Assembly (NCBI RefSeq): GCF_037042905.1
Contig: NC_087252.1
Coordinates: forward strand, 24,492,001 to 24,556,000
Length of the DNA: 64,000 nucleotides
Origin: Lytechinus pictus
Taxonomy: Eukaryota
Direction: 5' to 3'
Position 1 is the first letter of the stretch. Each line of letters starts with the position of its first letter. Made by a program: the position numbers and the translations under genes. The notes under the pieces are model-generated. The model searched no databases. It had not been told where the DNA came from and was given only the letters and a program-made list of their open reading frames with translations. This document shows positions 1 to 11,619 of the stretch, in pieces.

Positions 1-431
1 GTGATAATACGGAAGCTTAAAAGTGCAACCCATCAGACAGGCCCATGTCAAGGGGTGAGGGTAAATTGCCTATTCGTCCACAGCTGCCAACACGTCCACT
101 CACCACATGGTCTACCTTCATTTAGTCTAATGCAATTCCGTCCATCAACTTTTCGTCTAACAACCATTTGGTCCAATAACCTTTATTTGGTCTAATTATC
201 ACTTCGTCTATAATCACCGTTTCGTCTATGATCATTTCGCCTCATAACCAGTTGGTCTACTGCCCATTTTCTTGTCATTCATTCATCTACATCTCTCAAA
301 CTGGATGTAGACATGATCGAATCTGATTGGAGATTTCGTCATCTCATCACCTCTCAAACGGGATGTAGACATGGTAATTAGATCCACTATCTTGCCGTCT
401 CATCATCTTTTCTAAGTATTGTTTCAGTTTC

Positions 432-3180
432 TATAGAAGCTTAAAGGTGCCAACCAGGTATTCAGATAATCATCTCGTCATCAGGGACCTGGGAACGATT
501 TTTTCAGTGGGGGTGCTGAAATCTCTCTTCAAAGGTGAGGGGGGACAGACACAATTGAGTTTTCAATATTAAATTACACACACACACACATATATAAATA
601 TACATATATATGACAGTCACTTCTTAGCTTTCTTCTTATAAAAGAACATAAATGTATAATTAGATAATTTGAGCGCGAAGCGCGAGCTATTTTTTGTGGA
701 AATTTCATGTATTTTGTCCTGAAAATTGAACATTTTGAGCAATGTTTGTGGTCCAATTAAGATACGTATGTAACAAATAATAATTGTGAGCGCGATCAGC
801 GTGAGCAGATATTTTTTATATACGCTCTGGCCTGATCGAAAGGGACGTGTATATAAGGACTGTTCTGCAGTTACCCATGAAGACGATACATACATTAACA
901 ATCAAATAATGCGAGCGCGAGCTTAAAAATTTGACATTCCGACCTAAATACTGGACATTCTAAGCACGTTTTGTAAATATGAACAGGATAGGTATAAAAA
1001 TATACAATTGATGCGAGCGCGAAGCGCGAGCGGAAATAAAAATGAGATTTCAAACCTTAAAACGAGACATCTAATGCACTTTTCTAATCATGACCAGGAT
1101 AGGTATATAACTATACAATTGATGCGAGCGCAAAGCGCGAGCGGAAACAAAATTGAGATTTCAGACCTGAAAACGGGACATTCTATTCATGTTTTGTAAA
1201 TCAAGAAAATGATGGGTAATTGGATATATTCTTAAATTAATGTGAGCGCGAAGCGCGAGCAGAAATTTTTTGATATTCTGATCTGAAACTCCACACTGAA
1301 TGTAAAATGGTTTGAACAGATAAAGAAAACTCAGACGAACATAAGAATAAAGATTTGATCAAAATCAGACAAGAATATTACAGTTATTGCATTTTAAAGA
1401 TTAGCATTATTCCAGTGAAACAGTTTTAGGCATGTCTTCATTAAAATTCAATGAGCAAACTGGTGATGTCATATCCCCACTTGTTCTTTTGTATTTTATT
1501 ATATAAATTGAGGTTTATTCAATATTTTCCAAGAACCAAAACAGTTGAATTGACAACTTATTTCATTATAAGGGAGACATATCATTCACTCTGGTATGAA
1601 AAAATGAAACAATTTTGATTCCACAAGAAACAGGATAGTGGGAATGTCACAGCATCAGCCCACCTATTAAATATTCATGACGACATGCATATCACCATTT
1701 TCATAAAATATTGCTAAACTTTAGAATTGAATAATTTAACTAATCGTTATCAGATTTTGATAAAATTTATTCATTTTTGATAAAATGTATTTGATATAAA
1801 TATTTTCAGCCCGGAGCACCCCCCCCTATCAAGCTGCGTGTCTGAATAAACATGCCTGCGCGTGTTTAGAGTTAGACCTAGTACCTGGGCATTCTAAATA
1901 CATTTTTTTATTATAAAAATAAATAATGCGAGCGCGAAGCGCGAGCAGAAAATATTTGATATTTCGATCTGAAAGAGGGTGAATTTAAACACTATTTCAA
2001 GTAATGTGTCGGAAAATTCTGAAGGGGGTGGTTCTACAAAACGTCGTTCATTTTCATTACATTTCTGTCATTTTATCATACCTACCACTAGATTTGCAGG
2101 AGGTGCGCTGCCTATGGAAAATAACACACGCAGCTCCCCCAAATTTTGGGGGTGCTTCACCCCCAGCACCCCCGCTTCCCAGGGCCATGGGGCAGGGCGA
2201 AAAAGACTGAAATTTGATTTCTATTGTCTGACTTGTAATTTTTGTATACAATACACGGGCGGTCGGGCGCGCGCTCACTTGATTCGACATAAAACCTGGA
2301 AGTTTCAAGTCCAACCACCCCCATGTCCCTCCCTGCTATCGAAGAGTGTGTATGGTTATCACGCGTTATCACGTATTGCGCGCGACCACGTCTGTATCGG
2401 AGTGCTGCCCCGTTGGAGCTTGATTGAGTCGCGTTATAGGAGGGATTTTATTGGAATATGTGAAAGACCATGTAAATGATTTGCGATTGTCGGATGTGAT
2501 AATTATGTACATTATAACATATTTTTAAAAATACAGGGGGGAACCCGATTTCGTGGGGGTGCTGCCTATGGAAAATAATACACGCAGCACCCCCGGGATA
2601 ATTTCTGGGGGTGCTTCAGCACCCCCAGCACCCCCGCTTCCCAGGTCCCTGCTCGTCATGCATACTTTTGCGGAGATGATCAGATGACGAGATTTTGGAT
2701 CTCGTCATGTCTACATCTTGTGAGAGCTATATTCATATGACGATCGAGATGTTTGGATCTCGTTATGTCTACATCCCGTGGGAGAGATGATCAGATAGAC
2801 AAGATCTTAGATCTCGTCATGTCTACATCCCGTGGGAGAGATGATCAGATAGACAAGATCTTGGTTCTCGTCATGTCTACATCTTGTGGAAGCTATATTC
2901 ATATTACGAGATGTTTGGATCTCGTTATGTCTACATCCTGTGGGAGAGATAATCAGATGACAAGATCTTGGATCCATTACCATTTTATTATCCGAGCATG
3001 CTGGTGGCTTATATAGCAGTTAAAGAACGCCCAAGCTCTCGTCATTTGATCATCTCTCAAATGGGATGTAGACATGACGAGATCCGAGATCTTGCCATCT
3101 CATCATCTTTTCAAGGATTAGATTGTAGTTCGACATGACGAGATGATTTAACATCTGGGTGGCACTTTTAGGCTTCCATA
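432..3180. mobile_element. Non-autonomous TIR element built from ~50-60 bp GATGTAGACATGACGAGAT-type repeats, interrupted by a hAT-like insertion
   Basis: Imperfect ~26-bp TIRs: TATAGAAGCTTAAAGGTGCCAACCAG at 432 and CTGGGTGGCACTTTTAGGCTTCCATA ending 3180. Internal repeats occur in both orientations at 2652-3150. A further TIR-like copy starts near position 8. Confidence 0.6.
482..2651. mobile_element. hAT-like non-autonomous DNA transposon
   Basis: 14-bp TIR CAGGGACCTGGGAA / TTCCCAGGTCCCTG. Exact 8-bp TSD CTCGTCAT at 474-481 and 2652-2659. No transposase ORF. Confidence 0.85.
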
Positions 3181-3250
3181 CTGTAAATAATGTGCACTAT
3201 ATACAGTCAATAAATAAGAGGGCGTTCCAGAATTATTTTAATTAGTAATA

Positions 3251-4583
3251 CAGTGCGTATTAAAAAAAACGGGACAGTTTTGAAAAGTCTATAAAAAATT
3301 GTTTCAAATCATTATATCTATATTTTGATGTTAATAGATGCTCTGAGATCTTATCTTTGAAATGCCATTTAAAACAATAAATTTTGTTCATGCTTGAGCG
3401 AACACGGAATGTTTTTGTCTGGGGTTAAAAAAGAGGCTTGCGCCAAAATGGCATAAAATGATAAATATGATGGTTGGACTTCTTGCTAATGAGTAGACTT
3501 CTTCTTAACCTTTTCATTATCTTTGCCATAATTTTTGAATTATGCGGTCAAAATTCATTTCTAAATCTACTTATTTGCTTGAATCGTTCTGTTGTTCCTT
3601 TTTGATATGTTTTCTTTTAGCTTTGAATATTCCTTCTTTAGGCAAGAAAATTTTTTTAAACCGAAGTATGGGAGAGCGTGTTTTTTTCTTCAAATCCTTT
3701 GATTGTGTGCTACAAAGGTTGTGGTTTCTTTGAACAATGGCATACTGATGGGTGGGGCTTGGGGTGCCCCCCCCCCCATTAAAAAAAATCATGACCAAGA
3801 AAAAAAGTGGAAAGAAAACATAGAAAGTGAAATATGATATCATTTTCTGAATATTATGTCAAAATCACACAATTTTATATTTTAATAAAGAAAGTGGAAA
3901 TTTTTGCTTTGGCTTCACAACTGTTTAATACATTACCCGATCTGCCATATCTTGCTCCTTCAAAATTGACTCAATACACCATTGCCGTTAAAAGACATGA
4001 ATCCTTTCCTGTTTGTCCTGTCAAGCACATAAACTTGGTGAAGGATTCAATAACACTTTGAAAATAGGATTCATGTCTTTTATAGGTACCATAACATAAT
4101 TTGTTTCACATAATAAAAGGATTTGAATAATTACAAATTCTCCCAATTAATAATGCAGATCTTCTTACTTGGGTAGACAAAAAGTATTTTCTTCTTACTT
4201 GTGAAGGAAAATTCAAAGTTAAAAGAATTTTAACTGAAAAACAAAATAATTCAGGTAAATAAATAAATTTGTAAACGAAATTTGACAGCATAATTAGAAA
4301 ATTATGGCAAAGACAATGAAAAGATAAAGAGGAAGTCTGCTGATTAGCCAAAAGTCTAATCATCAAATGTCTCATTTCTGCAATTTTGGCGCAAGCCTTT
4401 TTTTGAACCCCCGACAAAATTGTCCCGTGGTCGCTCAAGCATGAACAACATTAATTTTTTTAAGTGGTATTTCAAAGATAACATCTCAGAGCATCTATAT
4501 TAACATCAAAATATAGATATAATAATTTGAAACAAATTTTTTATAGACTTCAAAACGGTCCCGTTTTTTTTTTATACGCACTG
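3251..4583. mobile_element. Tc1/mariner-like non-autonomous element with long (~340 bp) imperfect TIRs
   Basis: TA|CAGTGCGTAT...ATACGCACTG|TA. About 3251-3590 is the reverse complement of about 4245-4583. Confidence 0.8.
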
Positions 4584-4656
4584 TATTTCAAACCGCTCAT
4601 GCCATAGGGCTATCCTGTGCACTGTTTAGGGTTTTAGAGCGGTCACCAGGAACATC

Positions 4657-4800
4657 GGCCCGTTGCAGAAAGAGTTGCAATCAATCGCAACTCTAAAAAT
4701 AATGCGCAATTTGATTTTCAACCATTCAACAGCGCGCATTTGGTACTTGAGGTTGATTTTTTAACTTGCGTTTAAACGCAACTCTTTCTGCAACGGGCCC
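4657..4800. mobile_element. Short palindromic MITE
   Basis: GGCCCGTTGCAGAAAGAGTTGC...GCAACTCTTTCTGCAACGGGCC inverted termini. A related end occurs at ~16240-16272. Confidence 0.7.
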
Positions 4801-5364
4801 CAGTTCTGTTGGCCTTCATAATAATTCAACGTTAATTAGATTGCCTTCGTTAATTTTAGAGGTTGAACTTAATTAATTATGCTTGCTTGGTGGTTTGCTT
4901 CTGCATGGTTGTATGACCAGGGGCCTGTAACACAAACCTTAGAAATCATCGTAGAACAGTTTTAATTGACTGATTGCCATGACTACAATGTACAATCAAT
5001 TGTAAAAACCAAATATACGATCGATCGCTAGTGTTTGTGTAACTGGGCCCTAGTATTTGTGAGGGATGATATTTCCAAACTTATATTTGGTATTACTCAG
5101 CTTGGTCAAATAGACCTATATTTCAGTTTATATTGAGTGTAAGAATAATAGGATAGCGAGGCAAATTTATTGATTGGACCGGGTCGGTGCACTTCCCCTG
5201 AAAACATTTTGCGTGAGAGTATAGCGAGCCAGCCAAACTTTGAAGATCGGTTACCATAGCAGCCAGAATGATGTTGAATGCGTTTTGGTGAAAATTGGAC
5301 AATGTAAGATAACAATATTTATTCTAATGAAAAAAAAAAATTCACCAGTAAACGGCACTATCTG

Positions 5365-5623
5365 CATAGGCGGCGGAAGCGAGGGGGACCTTTCCCCCCC
5401 TAAATTTTTAGTTGATACCTTTTTTTTTCTTTTGCTTGTCAAATTTGGTTCCTCCGTCCCCCCTAAATTCACGTGGGCCCCCCCCCTGAAATGTTTGTGG
5501 TCCCCCCCTAAAATTTAGGTTGATAACCTTTTTTTTTTTAGGCTTGTCAAATTTTTTCCCTCTGTCCATCCAAAAATTTCAGGTGCCCCCCCCCCCTAAA
5601 TTTTTTGGCTTCCGCCGCCAATG
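5365..5623. mobile_element. hAT-like MITE
   Basis: TIR CATAGGCGGCGGAAGC / GCTTCCGCCGCCAATG. Exact 8-bp TSD ACTATCTG at 5357-5364 and 5624-5631. Confidence 0.85.
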
Positions 5624-6032
5624 ACTATCTGTAACAAAGTAATGATTACTTGATAGAGGCCTGATATGAATTTCATACATTTAAAATGATCCGAAATGAT
5701 TGATGGTCCTTTATTATGTTTAAACTCTAAAAACAGAGAGTAAGAAATTACCCAATATTTGGTAGAGAGGGAACATGCATGTTTGCTGAGTAATTGTTTC
5801 CCTCAATATTGGGCAAAATGCATGTTTGAAGGGTAAATTTTAACGCAACATTGCGTAAAATTTACAAAATTTTTGGAATATTTTTACCAAACAAACATGT
5901 ATGTTCCCATTCACCCAATATTGGGTAAACTTTTTTTACAGTGTAACAACGGCCACATTCGCATCGACAAATTCGATTTGAAATTCATAGACATCACAAA
6001 TTTGCATTATATAATAGATTTGTACTCTTACT

Positions 6033-6347
6033 GGCCCGTATTCTGAAGTCGGGTTTAAGTTAAACTCAGGTTTAAAGTTGTGGTTTAAGTATGGATAGCC
6101 AATTGTTACATATTAAATCACTAACAGTAGAGATATCATATTTCAGCTCATTTGGCTCTTAAATCATTCATAATTATCTAGGAAGTATAAATAGATGATT
6201 GTCTTCACCATCGGTGAATTAGGAAAGAGCACAGTAAACATAAGAAACGTACAACTTAATACAAATTTTGATACTTTTGGCTTCCCATACTTAAACCACA
6301 ACTTTAAACCTGAGTTTAATTTTAATCCGACTTTAGAATACGGGCCC
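6033..6347. mobile_element. MITE with ~60-bp TIRs
   Basis: GGCCCGTATTCTGAAGTCGG...CCGACTTTAGAATACGGGCC. A related partial copy lies at ~49116-49240. Confidence 0.7.
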
Positions 6348-8131
6348 CTGTAATCAGGAATCCCACAGAAAATTGAAAACAGAATTCCATGACTCATCCA
6401 TGACTAAATTGCTCCTTTCCGTGATTTCCCGGGAGTTATGTAGCATTTGGGATGTCACAAAATTGGGAAAATGGAAATCATGAACACCAATTATAATAGC
6501 AGAGCATGATCACAGAGTATGAAAGTTGCGAGACACGAAAAACTGGAAAGCTGCCATAGCCAAGAGGTAAATGCAATTCCATGACTTGTCCATGACTTTT
6601 AACAAATTTTCCAAATTCCCTGACTTTTCCCTGACTTTCCATGTCTACAAATTTTTCCAGGATTTTCCATGACTGTGGGAACCCTGTGTAATGTTGGATT
6701 AATTCCAATAATTCAAACTGAGAGCGGAGCAAATACATTACCTTGATTACCTTTGTAAATATCATGGAAGTCGAGAGTCGAAACAAATTACACCACAAAG
6801 TACTGTATCAGTAGTAGAGTCTACATTCTTATATTTCATGCATATAGTCAATCATTATAATTTAATACAATAAAATATATGTAATACTTGTTTAGATTAT
6901 TACAAAAATAGTATTTGAATTCTTTACATATTACTAAATTCAGTATAACGATTCCAATCGTATAAAATTATTATTGTTTATAAAAATCTTTGAAAAAACC
7001 CCAATATGGTTACATTCTGTACACAATAAAAACTAAAACACTATAAGATTAAAATGGTTACGTACAATATTGCTATAGTTACCATTTGGTCCAATCATCA
7101 CTTCGTCTAATCACCAGTTCGTCTATGACCATGTCGTCTCATAACTAGTTGGTCTAATGTCCATTTTATTTTAATTCATTTCGCCCTTTAACAGTCAGTC
7201 CTATTAGACCAAAATAATGATGGACTATATGGCTATTGGACCAACTGATTATTAGACGAAATGGTGAGCGGACGAAATGGCAATTAGACCATGTGGCTAG
7301 TAGACGAACTGATGATAGACCAAATGATAGTAGACGAGTTGATAAATGGACGAATTGGCATTAGAGCAATTGACAATAAACCCATAATACGATTCGTAAA
7401 GAAGAACTCAACTTAAAATATCACAACGTATTAACGTTATCATTTTACATCACATTTTGATATTTTTCTTTATCTTTGTAAAACCCCGGGTAAAACATTT
7501 TTTTTATTTCTCTCTATTATTTTGTATAAATTAGGTTTTTGAGTGTACATGGGCTTAAATCATAAGAAATGATTCCATGTATTTCTGCCCAACAGACCAA
7601 AGTCATGTAAGTCGGTTACCGGTATTATATGTGTTTCTCAAATGCTATCTACTATAGATGACGTATAGTATGCTACATAATGCTTGCAAAGTTGAATGGA
7701 GTTAAACTGTTATTGTGTACTGATTTAACCTTTTTGTGTGTAGTTACTTTAGGTAGTCTTCATGTCAAACAATGTAAAAGCATTTTAATTCAGCATTTGG
7801 CTGCAAGAAATGTTTTGATGAATCAATAAAGACCGTTATTATTATTACATACCTATACATCAATCAATTAATATCATTATTAAAATTTGAACATCAAACA
7901 AATATTAGTTGACATTAAAATGCGAGAGAGGCATTAATCATTTACAGGTGTACTAATGCACGATGTATTTACGAGTATAAACAGATAAAAAGAATAAGGT
8001 ATCAAATTGGAACCTTCAACCTGGAATGGGAAGCAAGGATAAGGGTTGAGGGAACGAAATATTAAAAAAGGCAAAATATGCAGAAAGGATAATAAAATAC
8101 AAAAAGCTATCTGAATCATGATTTACATATA

Positions 8132-9178
8132 CCGAGTGAGTCAAAACAAATTTTACGCCTCACAAATCCCCAATTTAAGGAAAAATATATCATGAAGACA
8201 TAATCATTATAAATGGCCTGAAAGAGTATATTCTCCCAGATGATTTGATTCCATAATGTATTAACGCTTGGATGATCAGGAGCAGTAGCGTACGCAGATG
8301 GGGGGGGGGTTACAGCTGTTCAACCCCGCCCCCTTCAATTTTTTGATACCCAACCCCCCTAAAATGTTGTAGAACTTTTCATCATCATCATCTGCTGTAA
8401 TCTCCAAAGGGCTCTGCAGCCTATCTAATTGTCAACATTATTAAGCTTGAACCCCCCCCCCCTTCAAAAATCATGCGTACACAGTAAAAACGCTGTTTAA
8501 GATTTTATACAACGCTGTTTACTATATGAACCTTACAGTATTTGTTTAACCGTTTAAACAATCATGTTTAATTTATTGAAAATTAGACATTGAAAATTAA
8601 ACTTTGTTGTTTAAGATTTAAACAATTGTTTAAACTGTTTAAACATTAACTGTTAGGTTCATATAGTAAACAGCGTTGTATAATTTTTTTTTTACTGTGT
8701 ATGCTACGGATCAGGAGGTATTCTTTGCAGTGATGTATATTTTGATTTGAGCCAAATTAAGGCATTAATGCAATGAATGAATCCAGAGGTCAATGGTGTC
8801 AAAATCCTACAAGGGTTGCATTTAAATGCATTTCAAAACACTTTTTCAGTAATTTACATTATAATTGTTTTAGAAAAACTTGAAAAGGGATTGAAAAGGG
8901 ATTTGCAAAGATGTTTACTAACTCATGTATGGTTGTGACATCATTGGCATCTGGGATTCATTCATTGCAGCCATGCCTTACTTTGCCGCAAATCAAAATC
9001 TACGTCACGGTAAAGAATATACCTCCTGATTATCCAAACGTGAAGACATACCACATAAACATGGTTTCAAATTATTTGGGAGAAGATACTCTTTTCATCT
9101 ATTCATAATGATTATGCTTTAATGACATATTTTTTTAATGGGGATTTGGGAGGTGTCACGTTTTGTTTACTCACACGG
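8132..9178. mobile_element. TA-flanked TIR element carrying a nested hAT-like insertion (8283-8709) and a nested MITE (8481-8699)
   Basis: TA|CCGAGTGAGT...ACTCACACGG|TA. The inner element is flanked by 8-bp TSD ATCAGGAG (8275-8282, 8710-8717). An uninterrupted relative lies at 37933-38572. Confidence 0.75.
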
Positions 9179-9722
9179 TAGTTATTTAAAATAAGATATA
9201 CCTGAGAGCACCATTTCTACTTTCAGCCTGTTAGTACAATAAGAAGACCAAAAATGATGTAAAATCCCACTGCTAGAAGGCACGTGACCCCATTGGGTGA
9301 AGGTTAACTATTTCCCCACTTCAACCCTATCATAAGAATGTCCCCATAAATATGCAATGAGCGAGCTGAGTATGCCATCTCCTATGATATTATATTCATT
9401 AAAATTTTGTCCCCCAACATAACCAAGGAATGTAAAGATACATGATTGACTACTGATTTAATGTCTAGTACAATCAATTATTTAACACATTTCCTTATAA
9501 GGGAGACCTGTTATATACACACATAAATAAAAATACGATATAATCATGACTTCGTGCAGTAACGTAAGAAAAGCGAAAGAGGGGATATGTCATTATCAGC
9601 TCGTTATAGAAATTGTACATTTTGTTACTTCAATATAACAAATCTCAATGACATTGAACCCTTTACGTTAACTGTGAGTTATCTGCGAATTACTTACTTA
9701 AAACAGTTTTCTGGAGCAGCCC

Positions 9723-9943
9723 ACACTGTTAAAAATAATTTAAACAACGCTGTTTACTATGTGAATCGCACAGTAGTTGTTTAAACATTTAAAATCTTAA
9801 ACAACAAGGTTTAAATTCAAATATTTCACTATCGATAATTCAAGCATGGTTGTTTAAGATTTGAAACACTTGTTTAAAATGTTTAAACAACTACCGTGCG
9901 ATTCACATAGTAAACAGCGTTGTTTAAATTATTTTTAACAGCG
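9723..9943. mobile_element. Palindromic MITE (family also at 8481-8699 and ~29275-29478)
   Basis: CTGTTAAAAATAATTTAAACAACGCTGTTTACTATGTGAATCGCAC matches its reverse complement at 9897-9941. Confidence 0.7.
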
Positions 9944-10154
9944 TCAGCTCGGGTGGCTTTTCGTTAAACTTTTCGTAGGTTATATTACGCATTATTTTAC
10001 ACACGATTAGTGAGCAGCCATGAAATCAAATTTGAGTGAATTTGAGTGAGATCAAACTTGAGTGAACATCAAGTTTAGGAGAAAACGTCCTACTCTAATA
10101 TCCGAAGAGTCTGGCTTGATGACTATGGTCAAGGTGAAATTGTGAGGTTCCATC

Positions 10155-10226
10155 CTAGTCCACAATAGCCATCCGTTCTTTCTTCTCCAAATTGTCGTAG
10201 CGACCGTCGTTTTTGACCTTTTTGTT
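10155..10226 (-). CDS. SLCO: SLCO/OATP coding exon 10 (predicted terminal; NKKVKNDGRYDNLEKKERMAIVD*)
   Basis: Strong polypyrimidine acceptor (ttttaacctttttag). Phase 0 matches the upstream donor. Ends in TAG. Confidence 0.65.
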   Translation of the reverse strand, partial: NKKVKNDGRYDNLEKKERMAIVD

Positions 10227-10291
10227 CTAAAAAGGTTAAAATAAAATAAAAACGAGTGAAACAAAAATAAGAAAAGTAAATAATGTATCAT

Positions 10292-10560
10292 TTTGTTTGT
10301 TTGTTTGTTTGTTTATGTTAACTCCTGTAGGAACTCGGGAGGACAGTTTTTTTATGCTTAACGCCAAGCTGGTATAAAACCAATTACCCATAGGAAACAT
10401 TTCAGGTCTAAGTTAATAAGTCATAGTGGCTGACGTTATAGACGACAGATATTACTCTCGGTCTTTCATCAAAGTGGAGACAATAATGGCAGAATGGGGA
10501 TTCGAACTCACAACCTTGCGATTATGAGTCCTACACCCTAACCACTGGACCACATGACCC
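10292..10560 (-). mobile_element. tRNA-derived SINE
   Basis: Minus-strand head GGGTCATGTGGTCCAGTGG (A box)...GTTCGAATCC (B box) with a CTCATAA anticodon-like loop, and an (AAAC)n tail. A second copy lies at 44135-44411. Confidence 0.8.
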
Positions 10561-10964
10561 GTACAGCAGGCTTTATCGACGGTGAATGAACACTCTAAAA
10601 TATGGACTGTTAAATCAACATTTGAAAGGTTCGAGGAGAGACAACATTTTCCCAAAGTCATATCCAACCTTTCATGAAGCTGAATCCAAATTCTCAAGTC
10701 CCGAGCAGAACCATTTAAAGTGGTAAAACATCTTCTCTAAACCGTTCAAATGTTGATCTAGCATTTCATTTTTAGAATGAAATGTTTCTATCCGGACATG
10801 GAAGAAGGAATAAATCAATTCAGCCCTTATCCTAACCTAATTGGCCTCTTATAACACCTTCATTCACTTTATCAGACTTTTGTTAAAGACCGTATTTTAG
10901 TCTTATTTGTTTTGTATTTGAAAACAATATGACGCCAGGGTGTTCTAATAAGGCCTTAAAACAT

Positions 10965-11061
10965 CATACCATCATCATCATCACCACCACCACCATCATC
11001 ACGATCATCATCACCACCACCACCATCATCATCACCACCACTACCACCATCATCATCATCA
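10965..11061. repeat. (CAT/CAC)n trinucleotide microsatellite
   Basis: Seen directly. Confidence 0.9.
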
Positions 11062-11076
11062 CTATCTTGTCCTTAC

Positions 11077-11282
11077 CCGTAGTTTTTCCTTGATAGAGAA
11101 ATACATGCAGATTATCGAGATCAAAGCCACTCCCTGAAGCGCCATGGCGCTACCAAAATAAGCCATTCTGTAACTTCCGTTATCGTATTCCCAACAAGAA
11201 CCTCTGTCACCATCAGTTATCTGCCAGTGGATGCATACCGAATTGATAATGGCGCCAAAATAGATCGGAGCGGGAAAGAAAC
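11077..11282 (-). CDS. SLCO: SLCO/OATP coding exon 9 (GFFPAPIYFGAIINSVCIHWQ...GSCWEYDN...IKEKLR; TM11-TM12)
   Basis: Conserved OATP motif P.PIYFG..I...C..W......G.C..YDN. ctcag acceptor and gtaagg donor; 206 nt, phase-consistent. Confidence 0.9.
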
Positions 11283-11619
11283 CTGAGAAGAAAAGGGGCG
11301 AAGGAGAATCTTAAAAGGATCGCTTTTTGCTTTTTCAGTACCATACAAGCACACATATAGGACCTTACTCACTGCATCTCCTGCTCTGTCCCTTTCTATC
11401 CCTCAAAAATGACCCACATACTCGCACCAATCCCCATTCTTTCTTTCTTTCTCGCCTCTCTTTCTCTCTCTCTTTCCCCCTCTAACACAGGCCTACAACA
11501 AACAGATACTCAATCGCCATATGCTTATACTTTCATATCATTACATCTCTCGCGTGCTCTAGTTCTCTCTCCACACACAAACACAAACAATCTAAACAAA
11601 ATCCATCCGGGAGGGGGGG

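Noticed and set aside
671..1946. CRISPR array (repeat-spacer periodicity)
   Set aside because: The context is eukaryotic with no cas genes. Spacers are ~90-100 bp and mutually homologous, and the array lies inside a TSD-flanked transposon.
2753..3016. ORF with repeated LDLVMSTSRGRDDQ units
   Set aside because: It is the in-frame translation of a tandem repeat within a non-autonomous element, with no splice or domain support.
10488..10560. tRNA-Met gene (also 44340-44411; tRNA-like heads at 56640-56712 and ~62160)
   Set aside because: The acceptor stem pairs poorly, and the head continues into a shared SINE body and simple-repeat tail.
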